Below are positions 6,955-16,407 of a stretch of DNA of 25,574 nt, piece by piece (position 1 is the first letter of the stretch; each line of letters starts with the position of its first letter). Source of the DNA: Eubacterium sp. GTDB taxonomy: Bacteria; Bacillota; Clostridia; Lachnospirales; Lachnospiraceae. Made by a program: the position numbers and the translations under genes. The notes beneath the pieces are model-generated. The model was not told where the DNA came from. It made no database searches and saw nothing but the letters and a program-made list of their open reading frames with translations. The stretch is taken from contig DOVJ01000072.1 of the NCBI GenBank assembly GCA_003520145.1, positions 1-25,574 of the forward strand, given 5' to 3'.

Positions 6955-7413
6955 TTACAAAGTCGCATCTATGACAGAATCGATTATATCGATGACCGCA
7001 TCATGCGAAAAATCCTTGATATCGTTCATGTACTCATCTGTTTCTGTGAAATCGACTATATAGCCTCTCGTTGGCGTCTCCTTGCCCTCAAGTCGAACAA
7101 GTCTCGCGCCCATCTCTCTTATCTCCTCCGAAAAATCCTTCGCGAAGATATCAGACATATTCTCAAGAGTCGGAATAACCACATCAAAAGGCGCCACATC
7201 ATTCATGAGCTTATCCTGATAACGCTCAAGATACTCCTCTATCTTCTTCTCGAATTCGCCGAATTCCACGAAGATGTTGCGGTTTATCAGGATATCAAGC
7301 GTGAATTCCCACGTATGCGGGTGAGTGCTGCCCTTCTTTCCATTAATAAGCACAAAATGCTGCGCATTCAGATAAAACTTGAACCTGTATTCTCTAAATA
7401 TCTTATTGGCCAT
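6955..7413 (-). CDS. 6-pyruvoyl-tetrahydropterin synthase/QueD-related T-fold protein (exosortase G-associated type)
   Basis: LNAQH...HPHTWEF, PTLENM, ETP motifs; no Cys in the protein. Confidence 0.8.
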   Translation of the reverse strand: MANKIFREYRFKFYLNAQHFVLINGKKGSTHPHTWEFTLDILINRNIFVEFGEFEKKIEEYLERYQDKLMNDVAPFDVVIPTLENMSDIFAKDFSEEIREMGARLVRLEGKETPTRGYIVDFTETDEYMNDIKDFSHDAVIDIIDSVIDATL

Positions 7414-8422
7414 AATCCTCCACCGATCTGTAGCATCTGCTACTTACAAGCTTAACATTCGTATTGGCCTTTATAAGCTCGCCAAATGCATCGCCAATCC
7501 CTTCAGTCATCAGAAGCATGATGATTATCTCCTGCTTTTCCTCATCCTTAAACTTGAGAGCCTTCTTCTTATAAACAAAGTTCACATCATCATATAACTG
7601 CTCTTCACCCTTTTCCGAAAGAATCAAAAACCTGACATATGTGATTGGGAATACATAAGGTCTTAAGACAAGCCTCTTTTCGAAAGCATCTATGACACTT
7701 GCAGAGAACTGATTCAGTCTCGGATCATATATCTCTCTTACCTCAAGCTCATGATTAAGACTCTCCACTTTATCGAGAAGATACTTATTCTCCCTTAGGA
7801 TGTCATCGAGATTATCCTTGTACTTCTCCCTCTTAAGCATAAAGTGAAGTGTAACGACAACTAAAGCTATATCAAGAAGCACTATAAGTATGATAAGCTC
7901 TATCTTACAGCTAAGAAAGAGATTGTTACTCAAAAAAACAGATTTGTTAGTCAGAAGACAAAGCTCGTATTCATTGCCATTATACTCGAATATAGTTCCA
8001 GATGCAATATAATCCTTGCCGTTCATCTCGATCATATCATGATGAAGTCTTCCCCTTTTTAAAGACGCAAGGAACTTTTGGGCACTTTCCGACACAAAGT
8101 AGCTCTTGGCAGTGACAGACTTATACCTGTCTGTCTCAAATACATCCTTGATAAAGAGGATTGACTCGCCCTTAGCAAAAGTCCAGTATCTGCTGCTCGA
8201 TGAATTAAGAGTTCCAAGTATGTTGTTGATGATCTCGTCATCAGAACGGTCCTTTTCAAGCTCTATCTGCTTATATACAAGCCTTACATAATTGTCCTGT
8301 GATACAGCACACACATCGAGAAGTCCCTTCTCATAATTGTTAAGCGCGAATATAGAACACAAAAGTATCACGATGGCAATCGCTATCACAGCTATAGCCT
8401 TGCCCATCATCTTATTCTTCAT
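7403..8422 (-). CDS. Two-TM membrane protein: extracellular domain, coiled coil, possible degenerate GGDEF-like C-terminus
   Basis: Hydrophobic helices near aa 8-27 and 175-197; coiled coil then IYDPRLNQFS and KFKDEEKQEIIIMLL. ORF is confident, domain call is tentative. Confidence 0.55.
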   Translation of the reverse strand: MKNKMMGKAIAVIAIAIVILLCSIFALNNYEKGLLDVCAVSQDNYVRLVYKQIELEKDRSDDEIINNILGTLNSSSSRYWTFAKGESILFIKDVFETDRYKSVTAKSYFVSESAQKFLASLKRGRLHHDMIEMNGKDYIASGTIFEYNGNEYELCLLTNKSVFLSNNLFLSCKIELIILIVLLDIALVVVTLHFMLKREKYKDNLDDILRENKYLLDKVESLNHELEVREIYDPRLNQFSASVIDAFEKRLVLRPYVFPITYVRFLILSEKGEEQLYDDVNFVYKKKALKFKDEEKQEIIIMLLMTEGIGDAFGELIKANTNVKLVSSRCYRSVEDYGQ

Positions 8423-9773
8423 AATTGATTGCCTTTCTAAATCTCATCAGTGGCTTCATGATAAAGCTAAGACTCTTCTTACTCTCCGCAACAAAAGCCT
8501 CCCTCTCCTGCGTAAGATTCATGGTCTTCCATGCACTCGTTGTGTTGATACTATTAAGTATACCGAGAACTCTGAAGAAGAACACAAGGAAGTTAAAAAG
8601 AGGTAAGAGTAAGACAGCCCACCACTGTTTTCGATAGTACTTCCTCAAATCCGGGAATTCCGTTAAGAACTTCTGGATCGAATAATAATAAGCATAACCT
8701 ATGAATATATACACAGCCGTAACAATAACTATAGATATGATCATAGTGTCAACCGCATAGCCCATGGCTATGAAGCAGAATATCGCCACATACCATATAA
8801 GACGCGGAAAAGCGAATGTATGATCATAAACCATGGTACGCACATTGACATTGGTAAATATCCTCGTCGGTCTGAACTTGTTTCCGATAAACATCTTCGC
8901 AACCTCAAGACTGCCTCTTTGCCAACGCTGTCTCTGAGTATAGAGCTTATCGAGATCCTCTATCGGACCCGTTATGAATATCGCATCATCGCAGAGTTTA
9001 ACCTGCTGATGAAGATTCTCTCTCATCTGAAATGTTATGTGTGTATCCTCAGCTATGGTAGTAGTGTTATACATAAAAGACTTGCAAAGTGAAGACTTTC
9101 TAAAAGCAGAGAAAGCACCCGACAAAGTGTAGATCTCGTTGTGTTCCGAAGCATAGCTTCTGCCCGCAAGAAAGGCCTGAGCATACTCAAGGTACTCAAG
9201 CTTCCTGAACAATCTGTCAAACCAGCCCTTGTACTCTTCTATCTCTTCACCATCTATCATGATAGCGCCGGTCATACAGCCGATAGTCGTATCGTACTCG
9301 AACTTCTTGACCATATTCTTAAGAGCATTCTTCTCAAGAAGGCCATCACTGTCTATGTTGATGATATACTTGCCCGCACTGTTATAAAGAGCCAGATTAA
9401 GGGCTCTTGACTTTCCCTGACGCGAATTGAGCCACTGCATATGAAGTGTCGGAAATTCCTTCTGACACTTGGTATACTCAGTGAAACTATCATCCTTACT
9501 CATATTATTAACGAGGAATATCCTTATCTTCTCGTTATCATAATCGCTGTCATTTATGGATTTTATACACTTGTATAGAGTTGCCTTCGAGTTATATACC
9601 GGTATGATAACTGTTATATCCGGATAATATTCAAGATCTGGTATGATCTTGTTTTTGCGGCGCTTCTTCGCAAGTATCAAAGCATTTCGTACAAAAGGTA
9701 TGATCTCGACCAGTATCGGAATGATTATCCAGGCACTCCAGAACAGGAAGGAACTAAGTATTTTTGACATCAT
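8412..9773 (-). CDS. Processive GT2 glycosyltransferase, exosortase G-associated type
   Basis: IIPVYN, GKSRALN, IDSDG, SGAFSAFR, AEDTH, QRQRW (D,D,D,QxxRW) plus N- and C-terminal TM helices. Confidence 0.9.
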   Translation of the reverse strand: MMSKILSSFLFWSAWIIIPILVEIIPFVRNALILAKKRRKNKIIPDLEYYPDITVIIPVYNSKATLYKCIKSINDSDYDNEKIRIFLVNNMSKDDSFTEYTKCQKEFPTLHMQWLNSRQGKSRALNLALYNSAGKYIINIDSDGLLEKNALKNMVKKFEYDTTIGCMTGAIMIDGEEIEEYKGWFDRLFRKLEYLEYAQAFLAGRSYASEHNEIYTLSGAFSAFRKSSLCKSFMYNTTTIAEDTHITFQMRENLHQQVKLCDDAIFITGPIEDLDKLYTQRQRWQRGSLEVAKMFIGNKFRPTRIFTNVNVRTMVYDHTFAFPRLIWYVAIFCFIAMGYAVDTMIISIVIVTAVYIFIGYAYYYSIQKFLTEFPDLRKYYRKQWWAVLLLPLFNFLVFFFRVLGILNSINTTSAWKTMNLTQEREAFVAESKKSLSFIMKPLMRFRKAINYEE

Positions 9774-10356
9774 AGCTGAAGCCTCCGAGACGCATGCTTA
9801 TGATCTGCTGTTTTGTGAACACATAGAAGTAAAATAGCACTATAAACACGTAAAAAAACAGTTTTCCTGCTATATTGTGGGCAAAGTTATACCATGAATT
9901 GCCACCCACATGAATAAGCTCGCATATAATTATGATCCTTACTGAATTAACAAAAAGGATGTATACCATGCCGCACAGACTCATGATTATCTTCTGATAA
10001 CCGTTGAACACACTGAAGAAGAGAACCCATGATATATACAGCAGGATCTCTATTATTCCAGAGCATTCAAAATCGATCTTCAGAGTGATATAATCGCCCT
10101 TAGATTTTATGAATATGATACCATACTTAAAGTATGACTCAAATGTATTCGTAACCCTGCCAAACAGTCCCGCAGCCGCAGCCACAAAACTCGACAGAGG
10201 TCCGACCGCGATCGGTATAAGTATCAAAAAAGAGATGATGAAGAAACCAAGCACTCCCGATAACATATACCAACCCTTAAGTTTGGCTCTTTTTAGTATA
10301 CCAAGCAGCCCAATCCATAAAAGGATGGCCGCTATCTTGATAAAAGTCAAAAACAT
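9754..10356 (-). CDS. xrtG: Exosortase family protein XrtG
   Basis: Multi-TM; IDFECSGIIE (Cys), NSVRI (Arg), FAHNIAG (His) triad; adjacent to a CTERM protein and GT2. Confidence 0.88.
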   Translation of the reverse strand: MFLTFIKIAAILLWIGLLGILKRAKLKGWYMLSGVLGFFIISFLILIPIAVGPLSSFVAAAAGLFGRVTNTFESYFKYGIIFIKSKGDYITLKIDFECSGIIEILLYISWVLFFSVFNGYQKIIMSLCGMVYILFVNSVRIIIICELIHVGGNSWYNFAHNIAGKLFFYVFIVLFYFYVFTKQQIISMRLGGFSYDVKNT

Positions 10357-10359
10357 ACC

Positions 10360-11862
10360 CTAAAACCTTACCTTCTTACGGTAGATAACAGTTGCTCCCG
10401 CTGCTACCGCCATGCAAAGCGCTGCCCCTGCAAGACCACCAGTTGACACACCCGCAGTAACGATCCACTGATCACCGAGTTCTCCATATCTGCAAGATAC
10501 AACCTTGATATCTTCTTCAGAAAAGCCGAATTTCTTGCTAACTTCCTTCGAGTACACTACCCACTCCATCTCATCATGACCTGGCGATACTGTCAAGAAA
10601 GCCTTGCCGAATATCTGATCTGTGCCGTACAGAGTATAGATGTCAGGCGATGTATGCCATGCATCAGAATTGCAGATGTAGAACTCATAGGTTCCTTCAG
10701 GAAGATCCTTAAGCTTAGGATACCAGTTGATATTACCAGCCTCATCAACCGCAACAAGATTGAAGAAAAGCTGTGTCTCAGGATTGTTGTTGAATCTCAA
10801 GGTGATATTGTTAGTCATCTCACCGCCGCCAGCGATAACATGATCCACCATATCAGTATATACATGTCCATATATATCATCTGAGAAGTATATCGCCGCC
10901 TCAGCATCGGCTATATCTCTTCCTGTACCTGCAGTTGCATATTCTATCTCCGAATGAGGATAGCCATCCCAGTCACCATAGAGATAATCATAGCTTATAC
11001 CAGAAAAATCATGCTCTGGCTCCTCATCTGTCTTAGACATATTCTTGACATCGGTAAATGTTGGGTCACACAGATATAATCCAAAGCTTATAGTACCGTT
11101 GTTCTTTGGAAGTGATTCAGCAGGGATCTTAATCTCCCACTGAGTTCCGTTGTGTGCACATGTAGCACCGTCAACACCATTTATGTTGCCATCGCGGTCT
11201 AATTGGAACACAAGCGTTCTGCCAAGATCAGTAACTATCGAATACTTGCCGTTACCGTGCGAACCCGCACCAGTAGCAGATTCATTGCCACTATCCTTAA
11301 GATATATATATACATCCTTATCATATATTATGGCACTTGATACGACATAATTCTTACCATCCGGCTCCATAAGATCTTCTTTGGAAACTGCAGCCCAATC
11401 ATCATAAGAACCATCTATAACTATGCCCTCGTATACAGCCTCAGATGGTTCTACAACTTCTGATGCTGCCTTAATCTCATAGCTTACGCCTCTGCATTCC
11501 ACTACAGTTGCATCACCTGTATAAGACTTAGGAATAGTCATCGTAGACACAAGTACATCATTGCCCTCGATACTGCTTATAGAAGCACCCGGAATATCAG
11601 CATAATAATTATCCTTGATTTCGCTCATGCCCCATGTAAACTGTATATCCTTACCGCCAATCGTAAGCTTCTGACCGCTCATCGGGTAATCCCATGGATT
11701 AGCATGTCTGCTGACAAGAACAACAGTGATAGTGTCACCATTATCCGTAGCCACTATTTCCTTAACCACATCATCATCGGCCAATACGTTTGTTGTCATG
11801 CCTAATACTGACATAAACCCAAGGCACAGCCATATACATATATAACATATATTCTTTTTCAT
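10360..11862 (-). CDS. Firmicu-CTERM sorting-domain surface protein
   Basis: N-terminal signal peptide; acidic beta-rich body; C-terminal TAGVSTG motif, TM helix and RKKVRF basic tail, directly upstream of xrtG. Confidence 0.82.
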   Translation of the reverse strand: MKKNICYICIWLCLGFMSVLGMTTNVLADDDVVKEIVATDNGDTITVVLVSRHANPWDYPMSGQKLTIGGKDIQFTWGMSEIKDNYYADIPGASISSIEGNDVLVSTMTIPKSYTGDATVVECRGVSYEIKAASEVVEPSEAVYEGIVIDGSYDDWAAVSKEDLMEPDGKNYVVSSAIIYDKDVYIYLKDSGNESATGAGSHGNGKYSIVTDLGRTLVFQLDRDGNINGVDGATCAHNGTQWEIKIPAESLPKNNGTISFGLYLCDPTFTDVKNMSKTDEEPEHDFSGISYDYLYGDWDGYPHSEIEYATAGTGRDIADAEAAIYFSDDIYGHVYTDMVDHVIAGGGEMTNNITLRFNNNPETQLFFNLVAVDEAGNINWYPKLKDLPEGTYEFYICNSDAWHTSPDIYTLYGTDQIFGKAFLTVSPGHDEMEWVVYSKEVSKKFGFSEEDIKVVSCRYGELGDQWIVTAGVSTGGLAGAALCMAVAAGATVIYRKKVRF

Positions 11863-11871
11863 ATTGCCCTC

Positions 11872-12234
11872 CTATGTTCTATCCGTTATGATATACTGCC
11901 TAAGTGGCGTCTCGCCTATGGATAGTCTGTGCAGTATAACACCTTTTGGTTCAAGAAGCCGCACGATTCTTTCATAGAGAACCTCCGCAAGATTTTCTAT
12001 AGTCGCATTGCCTCCGAATTCTTCATGCTCGTTAAGATAGGCCTCGTCATAGAACATGACTTCCTTCCTTATAAGAGCATCTATTCCCTCTATCCAGTTA
12101 GTGGCCATCTTACCGCCTATACTTATCACCATATTGACTTCAACAGAGTGCTCATGAGCATGCTCTCTTACGTTGTCAACACTGTGACTTATCTCTATGG
12201 AATAACCCACATAATACTTAGTGATTGCTTTCAT
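11872..12234 (-). CDS. Second QueD/PTPS-related T-fold protein
   Basis: ISH...HAHEHSVEV, ATIENLAE, GETP motifs; no Cys in the protein. Confidence 0.75.
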   Translation of the reverse strand: MKAITKYYVGYSIEISHSVDNVREHAHEHSVEVNMVISIGGKMATNWIEGIDALIRKEVMFYDEAYLNEHEEFGGNATIENLAEVLYERIVRLLEPKGVILHRLSIGETPLRQYIITDRT

Positions 12235-14665
12235 CTATCTTCCTTTGGTACTTGAGATTAACATACACATAACAAGCTAAGAGTACGATTCCCGCAAGAG
12301 TCATACCGTAACTAAGATATGGCTTAACAGTCGTGAGTCTTATCACAGTCTCGCCTGTATTGACATAAGTCAGATTATTACTCTCATAAACCCTTCCACT
12401 ATATATATCGTGATAACTGAGCGTTGTATTAACCTCATCACTATCACTTCGTATGATTATTTTGTCCTTTTCGAAGTCGATATCAAGAGGAACTATCTTT
12501 CTGTTTGGAAGTTCTTCTGCAGGTATCGTAAGGAAATCAGCTATAATTCTCTCTGCGTTACGGTCCCTTGTCAAAGAGAAGTAATAAGGCAGATTAAGCG
12601 CCAAAAATACTATATTATCGTTGTACTTAGTTCCATAAAAAGCAAGCTCCAGATCATTATCGACAAATGTTCCATACACATCGTCAAGACCGTTCAGATA
12701 ATAAGTATTCCACTTCGCGTACCCATTAGGGAAGAGATCAAGATCAAGCCATCCATAATTACGAACATTCAAAAGAGGATAGCCGTTCTCGAATTCGATT
12801 CTCTGCGCACTGACTCCGAGAAATGTATTGATACGCTGTGTCTTATCTTCAGGAATACGGTCTGCGAGTATTACCACTCTAATTCCCGCATCAGCAAGAT
12901 TCTTGATATGAGTCTCCGCAAGCTTTCTGTCATCGTATTCAAAGTTAGCAAGATATACAACCTTATACTTAGAAAGTTCGCTTACAGTATAGTGATTGAT
13001 ATTAGGATCCGAAGTCTCCATAACATCCGGATAAGCAAGAGAGATGGTTCTAGCATCCTTGCCGATACCTATACCAGTATACTCAGTGACATTGCCAAAG
13101 TACTTATAGCCTGTTTCTCTATGATACAATCTGTATAAGCTGTTAGACGCAACAAGCTCATAGCCTTGTGCGGTAGCAGTCTCCTCCATAACACCCAGAC
13201 TAAAGTGCTTAAGCTTTATCCTGTCCATCCTGATAAGCACAGTATCACAGCCTAGATCAAGAGCTCTGTCGAAGATATAAGGAAAGTACCCTTCCTCAAC
13301 AGCACGGTTAAGCATGACTATGTTGTCAGAAGTAACCGCAGCCTCCCAGCCAGCACCAAACGCACTCATATCACTGTCACCATAAGAAGCAGTCATATAT
13401 GCGCCAGTCGCATCAAGCGTAGACAGGTCAAGAAGAGCTATTCTCTGATCACATATCTCTTTTGCCTTATCAAGAAGCGAATTCTTCGCTATGCTCTCAA
13501 GTCTCTTTTCAGGCTTAACCTTAGTTTTCTCACCGACTATATACTTATAAGACGGTATGATGTCTATAACAAGCAAAGCGATCAAAACCGCCATAACCTT
13601 CTTCTTCAGCTTATCCCAATACATGAGACTCATAAACATGAAGCACAGTGCAATCGAGATGAATCTTAACATCCAAAGCATCTCATGCCCAGGCAATATC
13701 TTAACAACCAGCTGCCCTGTCTTGGTCGTGAGAAAGAATATGATGAGAGCCGTCAAAAAACCCGGAATACTTCTACCATAACTTCCGACAGTGCCGATAA
13801 GTATTATCAAAAAAGCTGCCAGACCAAAGTAGAATGCCGCAACGCCATTCACTCTTCCAACCGGATTAAGGCTCACAAAAGCACTCTGAAAGAAAGCATC
13901 ACTCTTGTCAAAGCTATCGGTAGACGCAGCATTTGTAAGAGACGGTATGACATAGAATCCAGCCATCATAAAACCAAGAAGTATCGAAAGTATGATCTTA
14001 ACAGATATAACAAACTGCTTACGATTAACTATACCATACACAATAAGATAAATAAGCACCGACACTATGATCATGCCCGCGTAGCCCAAGTGACACATAC
14101 ACAGGAAAAAGAAGCTCACAGCGATATGCATGAGGCTAAGTGCCCTTTTTCTCTCCTGAAAATCATATATATGATATATAAAAAGCGGCAATATGATCAT
14201 GGAGAATACTCTCGGAAGATTACCCTCAGCAAAGAGAGCATAGAGATTATTCGGCATAAAGTACCACACTATGCCAAATATCATACCAAGATATGGTCTT
14301 CCTATCCTTTTACCGATAAAAGCAAAAGAAAGCGCCGAAAGGATATATGTTACCACAATATAAGCAAGATAACCAGCATATATATCCCCACCGCAGAGCA
14401 TATCGAGAAATGCCATCACATAAGCACACATCGGCGGCCAGAACCTCATAAGTTCCACGCCGTTGTACCAGTTCTTGTCAAGCTTAGGGAAAAAATCTCC
14501 ACTCTTTATGGATTTGTATACATATTCGCCCCTGTATATGTGATAGAAAGTATCATCGCCCGAAGGATATATACCATTGTCTCTGACAACAAGCACAAGA
14601 ACTACCGCTATCACAACAAGCAGGATCGAATACACAACCCATGCTATACACTTCTTACTTTTCAT
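12218..14665 (-). CDS. Large polytopic membrane protein (6-pyruvoyl-tetrahydropterin synthase-related membrane family; probable GT-C fold)
   Basis: TM1 then YPSGDDTFYH and WYNGVELMRFWPP loop, many TM helices, about 400 aa soluble domain, terminal TM. Confidence 0.72.
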   Translation of the reverse strand: MKSKKCIAWVVYSILLVVIAVVLVLVVRDNGIYPSGDDTFYHIYRGEYVYKSIKSGDFFPKLDKNWYNGVELMRFWPPMCAYVMAFLDMLCGGDIYAGYLAYIVVTYILSALSFAFIGKRIGRPYLGMIFGIVWYFMPNNLYALFAEGNLPRVFSMIILPLFIYHIYDFQERKRALSLMHIAVSFFFLCMCHLGYAGMIIVSVLIYLIVYGIVNRKQFVISVKIILSILLGFMMAGFYVIPSLTNAASTDSFDKSDAFFQSAFVSLNPVGRVNGVAAFYFGLAAFLIILIGTVGSYGRSIPGFLTALIIFFLTTKTGQLVVKILPGHEMLWMLRFISIALCFMFMSLMYWDKLKKKVMAVLIALLVIDIIPSYKYIVGEKTKVKPEKRLESIAKNSLLDKAKEICDQRIALLDLSTLDATGAYMTASYGDSDMSAFGAGWEAAVTSDNIVMLNRAVEEGYFPYIFDRALDLGCDTVLIRMDRIKLKHFSLGVMEETATAQGYELVASNSLYRLYHRETGYKYFGNVTEYTGIGIGKDARTISLAYPDVMETSDPNINHYTVSELSKYKVVYLANFEYDDRKLAETHIKNLADAGIRVVILADRIPEDKTQRINTFLGVSAQRIEFENGYPLLNVRNYGWLDLDLFPNGYAKWNTYYLNGLDDVYGTFVDNDLELAFYGTKYNDNIVFLALNLPYYFSLTRDRNAERIIADFLTIPAEELPNRKIVPLDIDFEKDKIIIRSDSDEVNTTLSYHDIYSGRVYESNNLTYVNTGETVIRLTTVKPYLSYGMTLAGIVLLACYVYVNLKYQRKIDESNH

Positions 14666-15354
14666 AACCTGACTACCATCTTAACTATAACATCCACAAG
14701 ACGCTCTATAGCCATCTTTTCAAATGTATTGTAATCCATCCCTGCGCTGTCATCAGCATTGTCCGAGATAGCCCTTATAACTACATATGGCACGCCGTTC
14801 ACATAGGCACAGTGACCAATAGCAGCACCCTCCATCTCTGTACACAGAGCATCGAAGTTCTCTCTAATAAAGTTCTTCTTTGCCTTATCAGCGACAAACT
14901 GATCGCCGCTCACTATCCTTCCAACAAAAGTCTTATGATCACGGCAAGCCTCTTCTATTACACTCTTAGCCACATCTATAAGCTCCCTGTCAGCCTCAAA
15001 AGAAAACACATCCATACGAGGAACCTGTCCATAAGGATAACCAAATGCAGTTGTATCCATATCATGATGAAGAACATCTGAAGATATGACCATATCTCCC
15101 ACATGTATAGAAGGATCAAGTCCGCCTGCAATACCAGTGTTGATGATCTTATCCACGCCAAAGCGATCTATCATGATCTGTGCACAGATTGCAGCATTGA
15201 CCTTACCTATACCGCTTCTGCACAGGCAGCACTCCTTACCCTCTATAGTACCACATAAAAAAAACATGCCTGCTACAGCCTTCTCGCTCTCAAGGATCAT
15301 GTGCTCTTTGATATCCTTCATCTCTTCATCCATCGCACAGATGATACCTAACAT
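14662..15354 (-). CDS. mtnN: 5'-methylthioadenosine/S-adenosylhomocysteine nucleosidase
   Basis: GIICAMDEE, SGIGKVNAA, INTGIAGG, SGDQF, EMEGAA, RAISDNAD. Confidence 0.95.
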   Translation of the reverse strand: MLGIICAMDEEMKDIKEHMILESEKAVAGMFFLCGTIEGKECCLCRSGIGKVNAAICAQIMIDRFGVDKIINTGIAGGLDPSIHVGDMVISSDVLHHDMDTTAFGYPYGQVPRMDVFSFEADRELIDVAKSVIEEACRDHKTFVGRIVSGDQFVADKAKKNFIRENFDALCTEMEGAAIGHCAYVNGVPYVVIRAISDNADDSAGMDYNTFEKMAIERLVDVIVKMVVRL

Positions 15355-15381
15355 CCTTTTCCTCCTTTTTTTAACGCACCA

Positions 15382-15417
15382 ATGGGAGACTGCCGTATAT
15401 TATGGCAAATCCCCCAT
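15382..15417 (-). other. Intergenic hairpin without U tail between the flagellar block and mtnN
   Basis: AUGGGGGAUUUGCC...GGCAGUCUCCCAU followed by UGGUGCG, not a U run. Confidence 0.5.
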
Positions 15418-15421
15418 GCAA

Positions 15422-15901
15422 TCAGTTGTGTTTATCCATAAACTGTGGGTCAGTGCTTACTTTGCTCATGACCTTGTAATAATTAGCAGCCATGTTACTA
15501 GTCTTTCTGGCCTGCCCGACTTCACTTCTTTTTTTGTTAAGACTTCCCTTAACTGCCTCGAACATCCTTTTTTCTTCTGCCTGAATACCAGATACCAACT
15601 CTGTAACACGACTGACCTTCGCCTGAAGACTCTTGATCTTCTCTGCATATAAGCTCTTATTATCCTTAAGAGCCTGACCGACCTTATCATATACCTTCTC
15701 AAAACCATTGTCAAGAAGTTCTATATCATCGGCAAACCTGTCCTTCTGCTCGACATACGCATCATACTGTTCTATATCAAGATCAGGTGCGTTAAGAAGT
15801 TTCTTCTGCTTCTCACTGATCACCATAATCTCCTCAAGTATAGCAATCTTCTTATCGAGACTCTCATCAAGTATATCTATATAATTAGTCATATCATCCA
15901 T
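15422..15901 (-). CDS. FlgN/FliT-like flagellar export chaperone (start corrected to ATG 15901)
   Basis: All-helical (LDKKIAILEEI, LDNGFEKVY); follows fliS; AGGAGGTG RBS contains the track's GTG start. Confidence 0.7.
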   Translation of the reverse strand: MDDMTNYIDILDESLDKKIAILEEIMVISEKQKKLLNAPDLDIEQYDAYVEQKDRFADDIELLDNGFEKVYDKVGQALKDNKSLYAEKIKSLQAKVSRVTELVSGIQAEEKRMFEAVKGSLNKKRSEVGQARKTSNMAANYYKVMSKVSTDPQFMDKHN

Positions 15902-15919
15902 AGGATACACCTCCTAAGA

Positions 15920-16321
15920 TCATTCCTCTGTTTGCTCAGAAGGCTCCGGATTCTTAGCCAGTCTCATAACTTCCTTCCATGTATCTCTCATGGTTCTAAG
16001 ATGCTTAAGACACTCCTCTAAGATTTCCTTATCCTTAGTGATATTGGCTTCAACAAGTCTTGCGTATACATACTTATATACTTCATCAAAATCTTTCGCC
16101 ACAGGATATTTGAAATTAAGTGTAGCTCTGAATTCTTCGATGATTCGCTCCGCCTTGATAATATTATTATTAGCCTTCGCAATATCATGCTCATCTATCG
16201 CTGTGATCGCAATATTACAAAACTTGATAGCGCCCTCATAAAGCATAAGGGTCAACTCGGCAGGTGATGCCGTAGCAATCTTATTATTCGCATATTGCGC
16301 ATATCCATTCTTATTATACAT
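15920..16321 (-). CDS. fliS: Flagellin export chaperone FliS
   Basis: TASPAELTLMLYEGAIKF...TWKEVM. Confidence 0.95.
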   Translation of the reverse strand: MYNKNGYAQYANNKIATASPAELTLMLYEGAIKFCNIAITAIDEHDIAKANNNIIKAERIIEEFRATLNFKYPVAKDFDEVYKYVYARLVEANITKDKEILEECLKHLRTMRDTWKEVMRLAKNPEPSEQTEE

Positions 16322-16355
16322 ATATCCTCCGCGTGTTGTAATTTATTACACATCT

Positions 16356-16393
16356 CATCCCCGGCAGCACTTAAGATGTACTGCCAGGGGATG
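16356..16393 (-). other. Stable intergenic hairpin between fliD and fliS
   Basis: CAUCCCC.GGCAGUAC...GUGCUGCC.GGGGAUG with no U tail. Confidence 0.5.
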
Positions 16394-16407
16394 TTGTAAA
16401 TCGATCA

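Noticed and set aside
6955..12234. Queuosine or 7-deazaguanine DNA-modification (dpd) island
   Set aside because: No queC, queE, folE, tgt or dpdA; the QueD-like proteins lack Cys and lie in the XrtG context.
13685..14734. 349-aa plus-strand ORF (also the 242-aa ORF at 12410-13138)
   Set aside because: Antisense shadows of the hydrophobic 815-aa gene; composition is what reverse-complemented codons would give, with no recognisable motif.
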